Source: an uncultured Muribaculaceae bacterium (GTDB taxonomy: Bacteria > Pseudomonadota > Alphaproteobacteria > Rs-D84). Taken from it: 64,000 nucleotides of DNA. The notes beneath the pieces were generated by a model. It searched no databases. It was not told the DNA's origin and was given only the letters and a program-made list of their open reading frames with translations. Both the position numbers and the translations under genes were made by a program. How positions within the stretch are numbered: position 1 is the first letter of the stretch; the number at the start of each line of letters is the position of its first letter. Location of the stretch: positions 508,324 through 572,323 of the forward strand of contig OZ246409.1 of the NCBI GenBank assembly GCA_965231035.1, read 5' to 3'. Below, piece by piece: positions 60,793-64,000 of the stretch.

Positions 60793-61527
60793 TTAATCAA
60801 TCTTTTTTCCAGTTGAAGCGTCAAAGGTTTCATCTTCGACAGTAATTGTTTTGTCTTTATAAACCGGAGCTGCTTGGTCTTGAACCTTTTTACCCCAATA
60901 AATATCACCATTGGATGTATTTATAGCATACAGTTTATTGTTTGTTCCAACAACAAAAGCAAAATTATCAACAATTATAAATGGTTCGGCAACACCCAAA
61001 TTTATACACCATTTTTTATGGCCACCAGTTTTATCCAATTTGCAAAATGCGTCGCCCAGGCCACCAACATAAACCCCAACGCCCTTTACAATAACTGGTG
61101 CAACAATATCTAATACACTGGCACCACCCAACATGTTATTTTCACGATAAACATCCGTGACCCACTCAATATTTCTGGTTTTTGCATTAACCTTGACCAT
61201 TTCGCCTGTTGTTAACCCTGCATAAACAAATTCATCGTCGCATACAGGTTTTTGATCGCTGGTCACAGAATTGCTGGTTGGGAATCCGCTGAATATTTTT
61301 TTATCGCCATTCCAGATAACATTTGAAGAATCTTGGGTATATGGACAATCAATAATCTTGGTTTCTGGCAGGTTCATTGGTAAGTTTTGAACTTCTTTAT
61401 TCAAAATAACCAGTGCAGCCCCAGGAAATATGGATTCGCGCTGTCCAGGTAATATAGGATCGTGTTTTGAGCAAGCGGACAATGAAACTGGGATTAAAAA
61501 TAAGGTTAATATTTTTAATTTGTTCAT
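60793..61527 (-). CDS. PQQ-like beta-propeller lipoprotein (BamB-like, short)
   Basis: Lipobox VSLSAC, PQQ/WD-like repeats (…KLYAINTSNGDIYWGK…). At 244 aa it is shorter than canonical BamB. Paired with a yfgM-like gene upstream, as in yfgM-bamB. Confidence 0.55.
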   Translation of the reverse strand: MNKLKILTLFLIPVSLSACSKHDPILPGQRESIFPGAALVILNKEVQNLPMNLPETKIIDCPYTQDSSNVIWNGDKKIFSGFPTSNSVTSDQKPVCDDEFVYAGLTTGEMVKVNAKTRNIEWVTDVYRENNMLGGASVLDIVAPVIVKGVGVYVGGLGDAFCKLDKTGGHKKWCINLGVAEPFIIVDNFAFVVGTNNKLYAINTSNGDIYWGKKVQDQAAPVYKDKTITVEDETFDASTGKKID

Positions 61528-61537
61528 GTTGAAAACC

Positions 61538-62188
61538 TTATTTCAAAGTTTGGGCAGTTGCAGATATTACAGCAGGTGCGTCTTTTTCACTGATAATTTT
61601 ATCCAGCCATTTATTAGCTGCGTCTTTGTTACCTTCGGATAAGTATTTTTCAGCAACCAATAACATACTGTTGTAATAAAAAGGAGAGCTGGAAGTATTT
61701 AAATCAGACAAGAATTTTTCCAATTCTGAACCAGTCATTTTATCGCCCTTGATCCCAGCCAGGTGCAATTTTGCTAAATCACGAAAATCGCGAGAGCTTC
61801 CATCTTTTGCCAAAGTTTCCAATTTTGAAACATCACCATCAGACATAAATGATTGGAACATTGCCAAATCAGCGGTTGCCCCAGATGAATTTTTGGACAA
61901 TGCGGCCAAAGCACTACCATCAGCATTTTCGATTGCTATTTCATAACCTTCGGCAGTTGCCAAGCGTGCAGCTTTATTATTGTGGCGAACAATCTGAATT
62001 CCAACGGTAATTACAACAATAGCAATAGCAAAAGAAATTAAAATCTTGGAATACTTTTTCAAAAAAGCCATTGTTTTTTCATTGTTTACATCTTCCCAGA
62101 CTTCACGATACAGCGCTTCTTCGGCATAATCTTCTTGGGATTTCTTGGGTTCTGGTAATTTATTTTTGTTTTTGAACAGTTTGGTCAT
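61538..62188 (-). CDS. YfgM-like inner-membrane-anchored TPR-like protein
   Basis: N-terminal cytoplasmic segment, single TM (ILISFAIAIVVITVGIQI), periplasmic helical domain. Synteny with the bamB-like gene. Confidence 0.5.
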   Translation of the reverse strand: MTKLFKNKNKLPEPKKSQEDYAEEALYREVWEDVNNEKTMAFLKKYSKILISFAIAIVVITVGIQIVRHNNKAARLATAEGYEIAIENADGSALAALSKNSSGATADLAMFQSFMSDGDVSKLETLAKDGSSRDFRDLAKLHLAGIKGDKMTGSELEKFLSDLNTSSSPFYYNSMLLVAEKYLSEGNKDAANKWLDKIISEKDAPAVISATAQTLK

Positions 62189-62239
62189 TGAATTCTCCGG
62201 TCTTGATATTTATATCATCATTGATATACTATAAAGATT

Positions 62240-63196
62240 ATGAAAAAGCAAATCAAGAACCCTTTACCAGTCGCAAAGCAAGGAAGTGCATCGACAAGTT
62301 TAATGGCTATCCGGGGGGTATCAGATGAATCTGGTCTGGAACAATATATTCAGACTATTCAAAAGTTCCCAATACTTTCAGCCGAACAAGAATACGAATA
62401 CGCAACAACCTGGCGATCTAAACAAGATATGACAGCAGCCGAGAAGCTGGTTGCCAGCCATTTGCGTTTGGTTGTTTCGGTTGCCTATGATTTTAAAAAT
62501 TATGGAATTCCAGTTTCAGAGCTTATTGCCAGTGGAAATGTTGGTCTGATGCAGGCTTTACAAAAATTTGACCCAGAAAAAGGGTTCAGGTTTTCAACCT
62601 ATGCTATGTTTTGGATCAAGGCCGAGATTTATGAAACAATTTTGAATAACTGGTCAGTTGTCAGAATTGGTACTTCGGCCAATCAGAAACGCGTTTTCTT
62701 TAATCTGGCGCGTGCAAAAAAAGCACTGGGGATTATGGATAATAATTTGTCCGATGACCAGACCAAGCAAATTGCAGAGTTCTTACAAGTCCCAGAAAAT
62801 GATGTAACACGTATGGCGACCAGAATCAGCGCACGCGATTTATCATTAAATGCACCAGTTGGTAATGATGATTCCAGAGATGCACTTTCTAATCTGGCCG
62901 ATACATCTGATGGCATCGAAGATAATATTGAAAGATTGGAATTCCGTCGTCGTGGATATGAAATGCTGCGCAGGCATTTATCAGAATTACCAGAACGCGA
63001 TCGTGAAATTCTGCATGCACGCAGATTACAAGATCCGGCAGCAACACTGGAAGTTTTGGCACAGAAATACAAAATATCACGCGAAAGGGTTCGTCAAATC
63101 GAAGAACGCGCATACGCAAAATTACGTGATGCAATTTTAAAAGAGGAAGAATACATACCAGCAAAAAAAGGTGAGGTTATTGATGAAGCCATATAA
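62240..63196 (+). CDS. rpoH: RNA polymerase sigma-32 factor RpoH
   Basis: Sigma-70 regions 2 and 4, plus the RpoH box QKRVFFNLARAKK. Confidence 0.9.
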   Translation: MKKQIKNPLPVAKQGSASTSLMAIRGVSDESGLEQYIQTIQKFPILSAEQEYEYATTWRSKQDMTAAEKLVASHLRLVVSVAYDFKNYGIPVSELIASGNVGLMQALQKFDPEKGFRFSTYAMFWIKAEIYETILNNWSVVRIGTSANQKRVFFNLARAKKALGIMDNNLSDDQTKQIAEFLQVPENDVTRMATRISARDLSLNAPVGNDDSRDALSNLADTSDGIEDNIERLEFRRRGYEMLRRHLSELPERDREILHARRLQDPAATLEVLAQKYKISRERVRQIEERAYAKLRDAILKEEEYIPAKKGEVIDEAI

Positions 63197-64000
63197 AATT
63201 TATATGTACTTTTTATTGTTAGGTTTGTGGTCTTTGCCTGCATCCGCGTATGAACATAATTTTGGCAGATATGGGTTCAAGCTTACTGGTTATGGAACTG
63301 TTGGTGCAATTGAACCAGATTTCAAAAAAGCTTATTTTATGGATGATTGGCTGGTTCGAACACAGATCAATTATGCTTTGAAATCAAATATAACAGTGGG
63401 GTTTGTTTATTCAATCGACGAACTGGCGGTATACCAAGATAAGTATTCCCGTGATACTTTTTTATTTATCGAAGATGCAAACAGGGGCCGTATAGAACTG
63501 GGTATGACCGATTCAATTGCAACCAAACTGGGGGTTGGATTACCAGATGTCGGCGGATTAAGAATAAATGATAATCCAATATTTTATAAAAGATTGGAAC
63601 CAACAGGACCGGTTATTTCAAATACTACAATGACCAGCGGTCGGTACGATTTGCGTGCGAACTTTGTTTCTGTTCCAACGCGTCCTTGGCAATTTGGGGC
63701 ATCTGTTGCTGGATTATCACCAAAATATAATTATGCCACGGATGTTGGGGTAAAATATCGTGATCCGAACGGTAAAACAAAAAATGCATTTTCGATGGGT
63801 GCGTCCTTTATAGATTCGCCAGAAAACTTTCAAACCGAAGTTTTTGCACCATCAGTCACAGCAGATTGGCGTGCACAAATATCAACAGGATTTAATTTGC
63901 AATACAACAGCTGGATATGGGGAATATCGTTACGTGGAATTTACGACAGAAACCCGATTGGCGTTCCTGGGGACGGCTTGATTGCAGGAACAGGGATCAG
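63184..64000 (+). CDS. Outer-membrane beta-barrel protein (porin-like), partial; continues past the window end
   Basis: Signal peptide MKPYKIYMYFLLLGLWSLPASA, alternating amphipathic beta-strands with aromatic girdle residues. Overlaps the rpoH stop. Confidence 0.55.

Overview
Gene-dense, A+T-rich chromosomal window that looks alphaproteobacterial and endosymbiont-like (RpoH with an RpoH box, an SspB-alpha-type adaptor, type-2 IleS, Asn-rich low-complexity inserts). It is almost entirely housekeeping. Recognised genes: ychF, dnaG, topA, rodA-mrdA-mreD-mreC, rpmI-rplT-pheS-pheT, nth, ileS, mnmG, fabG/fabD, queH, metG, infC, pal, gpsA, rsmG-parA-parB, a tolC-macA-macB efflux operon, recF-sspB, accC/accB, yidD/rnpA, mreB, xseB-mutS, truB-rpsO-pnp, ybaB, rlmN, surA-like, lptD, lptF/G, nusA-infB, bamB-like/yfgM-like, rpoH, four tRNAs (Thr, two Val, Cys) and about fifteen intrinsic terminators. 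I found no transposases, integrases, phage genes or CRISPR arrays. The best candidates for something undescribed are: (i) a tight rlmN operon carrying two divergent, A+T-rich tandem paralogs of an unrecognised ~250-aa family; (ii) an ~75-nt sequence repeated in two 3' intergenic regions, after mreB and after ybaB; (iii) several A+T-rich orphan ORFs wedged into conserved operons (between mutS and truB; between infB and the bamB-like gene; between fabD and fabG; between metG and queH); (iv) a UDG-superfamily protein with a non-canonical catalytic motif; (v) several structured leaders (rplT/pheS switch, tRNA-Cys/recF hairpin, nusA leader). Gene order is scrambled relative to the classical clusters (mreB away from mreCD, infC away from rpmI-rplT, mnmG away from rsmG-parAB, no rimP or rbfA in the nusA-infB/truB-rpsO-pnp clusters), which fits a reduced genome.
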